From: a virus
Length of the DNA stretch: 64,000 bases
Virus record (IMG/VR): IMGVR_UViG_3300030060_004838
Location: 1 to 64,000 of that record
Direction: 5' to 3' (one strand)
Shown: piece by piece, positions 55,299 to 64,000 of the stretch
How the letters are laid out: each line of letters starts with the position of its first letter
Position numbering within the stretch: position 1 is the stretch's first letter
Translations under genes and position numbers: made by a program
The notes under the pieces: generated by a model
What the model saw: the letters and a program-made list of their open reading frames with translations, nothing else
Databases searched by the model: none
What the model was told of the DNA's origin: nothing

Positions 55299-55317
55299 AA
55301 AAAAGGAAGTGAAATAA

Positions 55318-56232
55318 ATGGGAATAGGAAATAAGAAAGGAATTGCGGCAGGAAAGGTATTGAATAATGCAAAAGAAGAACAAGGTTTATCAGCGTTTAA
55401 ACAAGCAAAGTTAAAGGCTATGAATCAAAGAAAGATTTTGTTAGAACAAGAATCAGCATATATGATTTGTGGTATTAGCGGAAATCCGGGAACAGGAAAA
55501 ACAGGTATTGCTTTAGATTGTAGAACCGAAAAAGAAAGAAAAACACATTGGTTGTTTATTCTTGATTTTGATGAAGGTGCAGAACCTACATGGCGACAAC
55601 ATTGGGCTAATGATGAAAAAATTGTTATCTTTAATCCATATATGTATAATGAAGATATGACTGTTGATTATATGGCTACTGCTGATATGGCAAGATATTT
55701 TATTGCTATGGTAAATGAAGCAATTGAATCAGGAGAAATTGAAGATGGTGAAGATACTGTAAAAATTGAAGCAGTAAAAGCAATTATTTTTGATGGTCTT
55801 GATTCATGGTTAGATACTACTAATATGATTGCAAGATTAAATCATATTAAGGGTAAAGACCCAAGAGCAGCAGATAAAGTAAAAATGGTGCCGACACAAT
55901 GGTATGCAAGAACAGAAGAATATAAAAGATTATTTAAGGCGGCTTGTCAATTAAGATGCCATAAATTCTTTATTACACATATGAAAGAAGTCCATGATGG
56001 ATTTGATATTGTTGGTCTAAAGCCTGATTGGGAGAAATCTACAACGGCTAAATTATTCCAACACATTGAGTGTAAAATGGAAGAAAGAGGCAAGAACTTT
56101 AAGTTGGTAGGACAAGTTAAGAAATCTAAAACTAATGCAGATAATGTAGGTCAATCTTTTACTATTATGGAAAATGATAATGGTAAGATTAAGTGGACAG
56201 GTATTCCTGCAATTAGCGAAGGAACTCTTTGA
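55318..56232 (+). CDS. P-loop ATPase, Sak4/AAA_24 (RecA-superfamily) recombinase-like
   Basis: GNPGTGKT, LDFDEG, IIFDG, FITH. Confidence 0.7.
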   Translation: MGIGNKKGIAAGKVLNNAKEEQGLSAFKQAKLKAMNQRKILLEQESAYMICGISGNPGTGKTGIALDCRTEKERKTHWLFILDFDEGAEPTWRQHWANDEKIVIFNPYMYNEDMTVDYMATADMARYFIAMVNEAIESGEIEDGEDTVKIEAVKAIIFDGLDSWLDTTNMIARLNHIKGKDPRAADKVKMVPTQWYARTEEYKRLFKAACQLRCHKFFITHMKEVHDGFDIVGLKPDWEKSTTAKLFQHIECKMEERGKNFKLVGQVKKSKTNADNVGQSFTIMENDNGKIKWTGIPAISEGTL

Positions 56233-56338
56233 GGATTTAATTCCTCTTTGAAATTATAGGGTTTTGTTAGAGTAATGAATAAAAAAGTGGGCATCACTAA
56301 CAGGGTTTTCCTCCAACCCTTTATTCCCCCTATGCACA

Positions 56339-57118
56339 TTGGAGATGAAAAAAATGAAATGTAAAGTAAATGGAAAGATATTGAAAGGAAAGATTGAGAG
56401 TGTTTTACTAAAAGGTAAATGGAACAATGGCGGAACAAATAAAAATTCTGTACTATGTCCTACTATTGTATTTAGTGTAGATAAAGAAGGTAACAATTGT
56501 ATATTAACAAATGGTAATCCTTCTACTTATATTACCAACTCATTAGATTTAATTGAGATGGATGAAACTAAATCAGGTAGAGTAGCATTAGATTCAGATA
56601 TTCTATTGAAATATTTACCTAAAGAAGATTGTATTTTTCAATTGAAAAATAATAATTTGCAATTGGTAACTGAAAAGAAATCTGTATCTTTGCCTATTTT
56701 AGATAGACATGAGAATAATGATAGTATATTATTTGTTGAAAAGAATCTAAAGGTAAGTAGAGATACTAAAGAAAAGGTAATTGTAAGTTCAAAAACTCAA
56801 TTAGAAACAAGAATTAAAGTTAGTTCTGATGAATTATCAGAAGCGTTTTCAGATTGTGAAGCCGTAGGTAATTCAGTTTATAAATTAGATTATGATGGTG
56901 AAAGATTAACTATTTCATCTTCTACTAATACTGAATCTGTTTCAGTAAATATAGAGCCTGTTGATTCAATAGGTGTAAAAGCAACGATGGAATTTAGTGC
57001 GCCCTTCTTTAAATATTTAGAAGGTAGGACTACTATTCTATCATTTAATGATGAGTCACCACTCTCAGTAATTAGTGGTAATATGAAAATATTAAGAGCA
57101 CCAAGAATAGAAGCGTGA
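56339..57118 (+). CDS. pcn: DNA sliding clamp (PCNA-like)
   Basis: ~255 aa, two-domain beta-alpha clamp pattern, C-terminal ..DESPL..ILRAPR. Confidence 0.65.
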   Translation: MEMKKMKCKVNGKILKGKIESVLLKGKWNNGGTNKNSVLCPTIVFSVDKEGNNCILTNGNPSTYITNSLDLIEMDETKSGRVALDSDILLKYLPKEDCIFQLKNNNLQLVTEKKSVSLPILDRHENNDSILFVEKNLKVSRDTKEKVIVSSKTQLETRIKVSSDELSEAFSDCEAVGNSVYKLDYDGERLTISSSTNTESVSVNIEPVDSIGVKATMEFSAPFFKYLEGRTTILSFNDESPLSVISGNMKILRAPRIEA

Positions 57119-57122
57119 TATT

Positions 57123-57359
57123 ATGAGTAAAAAGAAAAAAGAAGAAAAGCCTAAAATAGAAAAACAAGACCCCCAAGTATTAATACAAAGCCTATTACAA
57201 ATGATACAGTATATGGCTAACGCTCTAAATTTAGAAGCGGCAGGTGTATTACATAATACCGGTTGGTGTAAAGATTTAATTGCCGATGACGGTTGCCCTG
57301 TTTGTAAGATTGAAAAGGAGAGGGAAAACGATGAATTGGTGGAATCAAAAGATAATTGA
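57123..57359 (+). CDS. Hypothetical Zn-binding protein
   Basis: H...C..CPVC. Confidence 0.55.
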   Translation: MSKKKKEEKPKIEKQDPQVLIQSLLQMIQYMANALNLEAAGVLHNTGWCKDLIADDGCPVCKIEKERENDELVESKDN

Positions 57360-57532
57360 TAAAACCGTTTGTGGCTTTGATGATTGTGATAATTCAATTG
57401 TAAATAATTCTTTTGATGGAAACCCTGTAATAAATAAAGACATTTGTGTTTATTGTTATAGAGAAAGAGTCCATAAAAAGGCTATGCAATTGTATAGAAA
57501 ACAAACAAGAGAAAGATTGGAGGAAGAATTAC

Positions 57533-57805
57533 ATGCCAATGTCTGACCATCAAGATTCTGAAAACTTTGCTTATGATAAAACATGGGAACAAATTGAAGC
57601 ACTTTTAGATGAGGCTGAAAGAGAACAAAATAGAAGATGGGTAGCATTTCAAAAATGCCCACCAACTTTAAGACAACAACATTGGAATAATTATAAAGGA
57701 TTAGAAGGAGTAATTAATGCTCTTAGATGGGTTCTTGGCGACCTTAAAACGCCAAAAGATAAAGTATTAGGGAGAGATAGATTTGAAAATAGAAGAAAGA
57801 GATAG
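57533..57805 (+). CDS. Hypothetical protein
   Basis: Likely start MPMSDHQDSENF..KGLEGVINALRWVLGD. Confidence 0.6.
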   Translation: MPMSDHQDSENFAYDKTWEQIEALLDEAEREQNRRWVAFQKCPPTLRQQHWNNYKGLEGVINALRWVLGDLKTPKDKVLGRDRFENRRKR

Positions 57806-58835
57806 TTTAACTTATGATGATATTAGTATTATACCGAGTATGTCTGATATAAAATCAAGAAGTCATTGTGATACAGCAGTTGGATTCGGCAATTTTAATT
57901 TAAATGTGCCATTAATTGCTTCACCAATGGACACAGTTTGCGGTTCAGAAATGTGTATTGAATTAGCAAAACTTGGTGGGATTGGAGTATTGCATAGATT
58001 TCAAAATATCAAAGAACAGGTAGCATTATGCTATGATATTGAAGCAGAAGTAAGAGGACAATATATTGCTGCAATTGGTGTAGGCCAAAGAGGTAAAAAT
58101 AGATTTGATTCTTTAGTAGGTTATACTAATATTCAAGGTGTCTGTATTGATGTAGCACATGGCGACCATGAATTAGTAGGTGAAATGATTTCTTATATTA
58201 AAGAAGAATTTGAAGATGTACATGTAATGGCAGGTAATATTGTAACTAAAGGTGCGGCTGAAAGATTAATTGAAGCAGGTGCTGATTCTTTAAGAGTAGG
58301 AATAGGTAATGGTTCTATGTGTGAAACAAGAATTAGAGCAGGTGTAGGAGTTCCTCAAGCAACAGCATTATTAGATATTGCATATCATATAAATGAAGTT
58401 TTAGACTTAGATGAAATACCATATATTATTGCTGATGGTGGTTGTAAAACAGTAGGAGATATTCCTAAAGCAATTGCTCTTGGTGCTGATGCAGTTATGA
58501 TAGGTTCTTTATTTGCAGGAACAAAAGAAACTCCTGGAATTATATCTAAAATGGGTCAATGGCCTAATGAACAATTATACAAAAAGTATCAAGGTTCAGC
58601 ATCTATTGATTCTAAAACAGCAAGGGGTGAAGAAACTAAAAATGTAGAGGGTAATTCTAAAATTACACCATACAAAGGAAAGGTAAGAAGAATAGTTGAA
58701 GATATATCTGATGGAATTAAAAGTTCTATGAGTTATGTTGGGGCATATACAATTGCTGATTTCCAAACTAAAGCAAAGTTTTGTAGAGTTACACAAGCAG
58801 GACAATTAGAAGCAAAACCACACGGATTATATTAG
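57783..58835 (+). CDS. guaB: IMP dehydrogenase / GMP reductase family protein lacking the CBS subdomain
   Basis: [29 protein letters not shown] (catalytic Cys), ADGG, YQGSAS, VEG, MSYVGA. Confidence 0.85.
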   Translation: MKIEERDSLTYDDISIIPSMSDIKSRSHCDTAVGFGNFNLNVPLIASPMDTVCGSEMCIELAKLGGIGVLHRFQNIKEQVALCYDIEAEVRGQYIAAIGVGQRGKNRFDSLVGYTNIQGVCIDVAHGDHELVGEMISYIKEEFEDVHVMAGNIVTKGAAERLIEAGADSLRVGIGNGSMCETRIRAGVGVPQATALLDIAYHINEVLDLDEIPYIIADGGCKTVGDIPKAIALGADAVMIGSLFAGTKETPGIISKMGQWPNEQLYKKYQGSASIDSKTARGEETKNVEGNSKITPYKGKVRRIVEDISDGIKSSMSYVGAYTIADFQTKAKFCRVTQAGQLEAKPHGLY

Positions 58836-58843
58836 GTGATAAA

Positions 58844-61243
58844 ATGATAATTAGTGAAGCAAAAAATAATGTAGAATTAAGATGGAGAGATAAAGATAAC
58901 AGAAGGGTTAATAAAACTATTACTAATTTTAAACCATACTTTTTTATTGAAAGAACAGAACAAATGCCTGAGTATATAGATTCATCAAGTAAGTATGGGG
59001 CTAACAGAATAAAGCCTACATATGTATTTGGTGAGTGGAAATCATTGGGTGGTAAAGAATTAACTAAAGTTGTATTTGATACTGTTGGTGATTTTCATAA
59101 TGGTAAAAAGCATTGGACTATTACATATGAAGCCGACATAGGTTTAGCAAGAAAATATACAAATGACTGTATGGAAGAAATAAAAGAATATAACTTGCGT
59201 AAATGGTATCTTGATATTGAAACTCAAGTTGGTGGTAGATATGACGGGCAAATAAATGCTTTGACTTTCTATGATTCTTTTGATGATTACTATTATGTTA
59301 TGACCCATTTTCCTATTGAACCACTACCATCATATAAAGATGTATTAGTTTATGAAGACGAACAGGATATGTTAGAAGCATTTGTTAAATTTGTAGAAGA
59401 TAAAGACCCTGACATGATTATAGGTTGGTATGTATTAGGTTTTGATATACCTACTATTCTTAAAAGATTAATTGCTAATGATATTAATCCTAAGAAATTA
59501 TCACCACATAGAGAAGTTAGAGGCGTTTCTCATAATAGAGTTTATAATATTAATTATGCAAATACTTCACAACCAATAAAAGGTAGAATTACTTATTGTC
59601 TTATGACTCGATTTGAAAGATTATGGTTAGATTCTCAAAAAGGAACATTACCTTCTCTTAAATTAGATTATTGTTCAAGAAGATTATTAGGTGAAGATAT
59701 TGGTAAAGAAAAATCAAATGCTAAGTTTGGTGATGATGAATTTTTCTTGCGTTCTTGGTTAGAAGATACAGAAGTTTTTCTTGAGTATAACCGAGTAGAT
59801 GTAGAATTGATGGTTAGAATGGATAATGAAATGAATATTACTGAAAATGATATTGCACTTCAACATTTATTCGTATGTCCTTTTGAATGTGTATTTCATA
59901 ATTCACAAATGGGGGCGGCATATTTTATGCGTCATTCTGATTGGATTGCACCAACAGGTCAAAAAGGTATTAAAACAAAATATGAGGCAGCATTCGTAAT
60001 GAATCCTGAAGAAGAAGATACTTTTGGATTACATGAAAATGTCGCAGTATTTGATTTTAAATCGCTATATCCAAGCATGATGGCAAGTCGTAATATTTCA
60101 TGGGAAACAAAATCTAACCATGACAATGCTCACAATGTTTATTTCTCTACACCTAAAAATCTTAGAGAGTGGGAAGGAGAAAACATTAGTGTATCATTTA
60201 GAAAAGATAACTTAGGAGTATTACCAAATGCCGTTTTAACACTCATGAAAATGCGTGATGGGTATAAGAAAAATATGCGTGATGCTAAGACTGATGAAGA
60301 ATATAGAAAATGGGATTCAGCACAAATGGCTACTAAGCGTGGTGTAAATGCTTTGTATGGAGTATTAGCAAAAGATGGTTATGGTTGGGGCGATATGGAA
60401 ATGGCTCAAGCGATTACCGCTTCAGCAAGAGAAGCCATGAGAAGCGTAGCATTCAAAGCAATAGAGTTAGGCTATGAAGTAATTTACGGTCATACTGATT
60501 CTATATTTGTAAAGGTAAAAAATGTTGATGATGCAAAAGGTCTTTGTGTTTTACTAAATCAACATATACAAAATGAAGTTTTCAATGAACATGTAGTTTT
60601 AGAATTTGAAAAGTATGCTAAGTCATTTTTCCTATCTATGAAAAAGAATCGCTATTGTGGTTATTTATCTTGGAAAGATAATAAAGATGTAGACGAATTT
60701 TTTGTAATGGGATTTGAAATGAAAAAATCTAATGAAACTAAACTTGCAAAAGAAGTGCAATCCAAAATATTACAAATGGTAGCACAAGGTAAATCAGAAT
60801 CTACTGTTACTAAATATGCAAAGGCTATGTATAAAATAGTAAAGGCAGGTAAATATAAACCGTCTTCTGTTATTAAACAAAGTAGGTTAAGAAAATCATT
60901 AGATGAATACGAATCAATCGCTGGCGGTTCTGCTGGTGTATTGTTTTACAATCAAGAAATTGGTGAAATAAAAGAAGGTGATAGTTATTATTATTATACA
61001 GTAGATAATAAAGGTATTACTAAATACCCCCGACAGTATGAAACTAAAGGTAGGGTAAGAAATGTAGATTATATTGCATTTAAAAAATTAGACGAAGTTA
61101 TTAATAACTTTCCGATTAATTGGAGTCGTTTGGCTGAATCTGAAATTAGTAAGAAAGTCAAACTGATATATGAATCTCTAAGGTGGGATTTATCAGCGAT
61201 AGCCAATGATGGCAGACAAACAACATTAGATAATTGGTGGTAA
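58844..61243 (+). CDS. polB: Family B DNA polymerase
   Basis: ExoI LDIET, ExoII GFDIP, ExoIII YNRVD, DFKSLYPS, KRGVNALYG, YGHTDS, KNRY; C-terminal PIP QTTLDNWW. Confidence 0.95.
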   Translation: MIISEAKNNVELRWRDKDNRRVNKTITNFKPYFFIERTEQMPEYIDSSSKYGANRIKPTYVFGEWKSLGGKELTKVVFDTVGDFHNGKKHWTITYEADIGLARKYTNDCMEEIKEYNLRKWYLDIETQVGGRYDGQINALTFYDSFDDYYYVMTHFPIEPLPSYKDVLVYEDEQDMLEAFVKFVEDKDPDMIIGWYVLGFDIPTILKRLIANDINPKKLSPHREVRGVSHNRVYNINYANTSQPIKGRITYCLMTRFERLWLDSQKGTLPSLKLDYCSRRLLGEDIGKEKSNAKFGDDEFFLRSWLEDTEVFLEYNRVDVELMVRMDNEMNITENDIALQHLFVCPFECVFHNSQMGAAYFMRHSDWIAPTGQKGIKTKYEAAFVMNPEEEDTFGLHENVAVFDFKSLYPSMMASRNISWETKSNHDNAHNVYFSTPKNLREWEGENISVSFRKDNLGVLPNAVLTLMKMRDGYKKNMRDAKTDEEYRKWDSAQMATKRGVNALYGVLAKDGYGWGDMEMAQAITASAREAMRSVAFKAIELGYEVIYGHTDSIFVKVKNVDDAKGLCVLLNQHIQNEVFNEHVVLEFEKYAKSFFLSMKKNRYCGYLSWKDNKDVDEFFVMGFEMKKSNETKLAKEVQSKILQMVAQGKSESTVTKYAKAMYKIVKAGKYKPSSVIKQSRLRKSLDEYESIAGGSAGVLFYNQEIGEIKEGDSYYYYTVDNKGITKYPRQYETKGRVRNVDYIAFKKLDEVINNFPINWSRLAESEISKKVKLIYESLRWDLSAIANDGRQTTLDNWW

Positions 61244-61244
61244 T

Positions 61245-61718
61245 TTGAGAGAACAAAGTAATATAAAAGAAATAATTAAATTAAAGAAAGAAATGGATAG
61301 ATTGGAAGAACGATATAATAAAGCGGAAGAAAAGATTGCCAAGTTACAGACAGAAGAAGAAAATCTTTGGGTTAAAACAGGCATTTGTAGTATTTGTATG
61401 GAAGCCCCTAAAGATGGCTATACTGAATGGCATCATATTATTTCACAGCATAAATGTAAAAAAGAAGGACTATTACACTTAATTAGTGCAAGGTCTAATG
61501 TTGTTGAATTATGTAAAGCATGTCATGATTTAACTACGGCTTCTATGTTAAGAACAAATTTAGAAAACTCTACTTCAAGGGTTTCTAAAGAAAACGCTGA
61601 TAAAGAACCAACAGAAAATCAAATCAAGTATATCAAAAAACTGGGTGGAGATATACCTGATGACCTTACCCGACAGGGGGCAAGTCAATTAATTGACGAA
61701 CTAAAAAAAGTGAGTTAA
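61245..61718 (+). CDS. HNH endonuclease with a C-terminal PT..QI.YI..LG domain
   Basis: CSIC..WHHI..NVVELCKACH. Confidence 0.75.
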   Translation: MREQSNIKEIIKLKKEMDRLEERYNKAEEKIAKLQTEEENLWVKTGICSICMEAPKDGYTEWHHIISQHKCKKEGLLHLISARSNVVELCKACHDLTTASMLRTNLENSTSRVSKENADKEPTENQIKYIKKLGGDIPDDLTRQGASQLIDELKKVS

Positions 61719-61747
61719 GAATCCTCCCAAATAAAAATTATGAAAAG

Positions 61748-62626
61748 GTGTTTAGAGTGAGAAAAGAGAATGGAGAATATACATATAAATGGGAAGGAAA
61801 TATAGATGGAAGTCCACCTATATTGAAAATTACTAAATCTTCTATTGGTAGTTATGGTTTTTGTAATCTTAATTATAAGTATGGATATATTGATGATATA
61901 AAACAGAAAACAAGTCCTGCTATGATTAAAGGAACAATTGTGCACAATGCCCAAGAAGATTTTTGGAAAATGGTAAATGTTGATAATGCATTAGAGTTTA
62001 TAGAAGAACCTATGAAATTACAAAAACATTTCCGTAGTTTATATCCTGAAACAGATAAAGAAGATATTGAAGAATTATATACCTCTATGTCGGCATATAA
62101 TACTGAAAGATTTATTGAATGTCATCACGAAGAAACACTAAATGAATTTATACCTGTTGGTAATGAAATTATGCTTGATGCAAGATACACTACTGAATCA
62201 GGAATAGAAGTACATCTTCAAGGGATTATTGATAGATTATTTTTAGAAGGTGATGGTTATATTCCTATGGAATTAAAAACAGGTGCATGGAAGGATTCTA
62301 AGAAAACTATGATGCGTAAAGAAATGGCTTTTTATAAAATACTATTTGAGAATGCTGACCCCGATGAACTTAGAAAGTTAGGCTTAAACCCCGAAACTCC
62401 TTTTACTCATTGGGCTTGGTATTATCCAGCAAGTAATTATGTATATGCTGAAAAAGTTTCTAAGCGTTCAGAAACAGCAGTTAAAAACTCTTTTGAAAAA
62501 TTAATTAATTCTTATATTGAAGAAGAATGGAAAGCATCTTATTTCTATAAGAAATGTATTCATTGTGGACATTATGACCATTGTGAAGCGGCAGATGGAG
62601 GAAGTCAAAATGACGATTGGTTCTGA
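61748..62626 (+). CDS. Cas4/RecB-like PD-(D/E)XK exonuclease
   Basis: N-terminal C, GTIVH, E, GIIDRL, ELKTG, C-terminal CxxC..C Fe-S motif. Confidence 0.85.
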   Translation: MFRVRKENGEYTYKWEGNIDGSPPILKITKSSIGSYGFCNLNYKYGYIDDIKQKTSPAMIKGTIVHNAQEDFWKMVNVDNALEFIEEPMKLQKHFRSLYPETDKEDIEELYTSMSAYNTERFIECHHEETLNEFIPVGNEIMLDARYTTESGIEVHLQGIIDRLFLEGDGYIPMELKTGAWKDSKKTMMRKEMAFYKILFENADPDELRKLGLNPETPFTHWAWYYPASNYVYAEKVSKRSETAVKNSFEKLINSYIEEEWKASYFYKKCIHCGHYDHCEAADGGSQNDDWF

Positions 62627-63092
62627 TAATGCAGGTCAAGCATTTTATAAAAGTGGTGTTATAGAAGATAAAATAATGGAAAGACAATGGACTCTTAATG
62701 ATATTATTAACAAAAAAGATACTATATCAGAATTAGCAAGTGAATTATTATCAGATATGGATATAGAAACTAAATACTATATTGTGTGTGATACAGCATT
62801 ACCTAAAAGTCCAATGTCTTTTGCTAAAGCAATACACAATAGAGCATTTGATATAGTAGAAAATTGGATTACTGCAAAGTTATCTATGTATTTAAAAACA
62901 GCAACGGTGAATTTTAATGAAGAAGAACCTATGGAATTACTTGAAGAACACTTGGAAAGAACTGAAACTAAGTTGGAAACAGTTGAAGGAAGTCTTAGTG
63001 AAGATGAGAAGGTAATGACTCTAAAAGATAGAATTAGAGCCGATACAAAACAATTAAATAAAGACGAAATGAAAAAGAGAGGAATGGAATGA
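62610..63092 (+). CDS. Hypothetical protein
   Basis: Likely start MTIGSDN after GGAGG. Confidence 0.55.
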   Translation: MTIGSDNAGQAFYKSGVIEDKIMERQWTLNDIINKKDTISELASELLSDMDIETKYYIVCDTALPKSPMSFAKAIHNRAFDIVENWITAKLSMYLKTATVNFNEEEPMELLEEHLERTETKLETVEGSLSEDEKVMTLKDRIRADTKQLNKDEMKKRGME

Positions 63093-63182
63093 AAAGAAGG
63101 TGTAAAGTTATAGGGTGTAAAGCCCAATTAACTAATCCTGAAAAATTATTTTGTTCAATACATGAATATGTGAAAGGTGAGA

Positions 63183-64000
63183 ATGGTGTATTTTCCGAGA
63201 GAAATGTGGGCAGGGAGTCTAAGAAATAAAGCAAGAGAAGCGTCAAGAATAGTAGTAAAGAATGAAGAAGAATACAGAAACTTTATACAAATGTATAATG
63301 GTAAAATGAACCTTTTTACATCTGTATATGATTACAAACACTTTACTCCGAATAGAGGATTAGAATATTCTATTATCATTGATAGAATATTTCTTGATTT
63401 TGATGCTCACGGTGATGAAGAATCTATGCCTAAGTTATATCAAGATGTATTGAGAATGCATAATTGGTTATTAGAAAAAGACTATAAACATAATATATCT
63501 TTTTCTGGTAGAGGTTTTCATATATTTGTATATGGTAATGTAGCAAGAACATTTAGACAAGTTAAAGCATTTTTTAATATCTGTTATGATGTTGTAAATA
63601 GAAGTCCTTATCTTGATACAGTTGTTATTAATACGAGTAGACTCAGAAGAATACAAAATACCTTTCACCTAAAAGCGAATCGTTGGTGTATTCCTATTAC
63701 TCATGAAGATTTACTTGCGGGGTTGCCCACAATATATAAACTGTCAAAAGAAGGTAAAAGAAAAATAAAACCTGTTTATTATGGAAACAAATTAGTTGAA
63801 TGGCCTGAAGTCAAAAAGATGGAAACAGCAGATATAGAAATTGATAGTGTTGAAAGTCCTGGAGATTTACCAATTTTACCTTGTTTAAAAAATGCTGTTA
63901 TGTCTGAGAATCCTAATCATAGAGCAAGGGTTCTTTTAGTACAATGGTATAATGAGTTTTTATCTGAATTAATGGTAGTAAAAGATAATTTAGATTGTAG
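63183..64000 (+). CDS. priS: Archaeo-eukaryotic primase (PriS with a PriL/PriX-like C-terminal region), truncated by the window end
   Basis: Not in the ORF track; MVYFPRE.., LDFD, FSGRGFH, RLRRIQNT, then LPCL..NPNHRAR. Confidence 0.85.
   Translation, partial: MVYFPREMWAGSLRNKAREASRIVVKNEEEYRNFIQMYNGKMNLFTSVYDYKHFTPNRGLEYSIIIDRIFLDFDAHGDEESMPKLYQDVLRMHNWLLEKDYKHNISFSGRGFHIFVYGNVARTFRQVKAFFNICYDVVNRSPYLDTVVINTSRLRRIQNTFHLKANRWCIPITHEDLLAGLPTIYKLSKEGKRKIKPVYYGNKLVEWPEVKKMETADIEIDSVESPGDLPILPCLKNAVMSENPNHRARVLLVQWYNEFLSELMVVKDNLDC

Noticed and set aside
40465-61243. Inteins or introns in NrdJ, ligase, RFC or PolB
   Set aside because: Protein lengths are ordinary and conserved motifs are contiguous; no C..HN splice ends seen
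1-64000. Alternative genetic code or stop-codon recoding
   Set aside because: Standard-code ORFs tile both arms densely with ATGA-type overlaps and conserved enzymes are full length

Overview
A 64-kb, strongly AT-rich segment of a tailed archaeal dsDNA virus, most likely a magrovirus-type virus of marine Poseidoniales (MGII). The basis is the archaeal-type PolB, PCNA, RFC, RPA, AEP primase, ATP-dependent ligase and TFB, GGTGA ribosome-binding sites, and a terminase/portal module. There are three blocks. (1) 1-31.4 kb, all minus strand: portal, terminase and about 25 probable virion/internal proteins. At least 14 start with the same M-x(0,1)-W-x-x-[ILVTYQ]-L-K tag. Several are modular polyproteins joined at [ILV]-x-K-[SAN] sites and carry GNAT, ADP-ribosyltransferase, PAP2-phosphatase, wHTH and eight 'RQNVKT..PLPEK..C' modules. 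(2) 31.4-36.4 kb, the strand-switch region: nine ACCATATGG[T/A] palindromes flanked by covarying hairpins, four acidic minigenes (M[F/R]..DE*), a head-to-head paralog pair, candidate structured RNAs and an origin-like repeat cluster. (3) 36.4-64 kb, all plus strand: replication and nucleotide metabolism genes, tRNA-Leu(UAA), a histone-fold protein, and a dispersed ubiquitin-like system (Ubl ending GG-SV, ThiF/E1, JAB peptidase, possible E2-like). No major capsid or prohead protease gene is visible in the window. All calls come from reading motifs by eye; no database searches were run.
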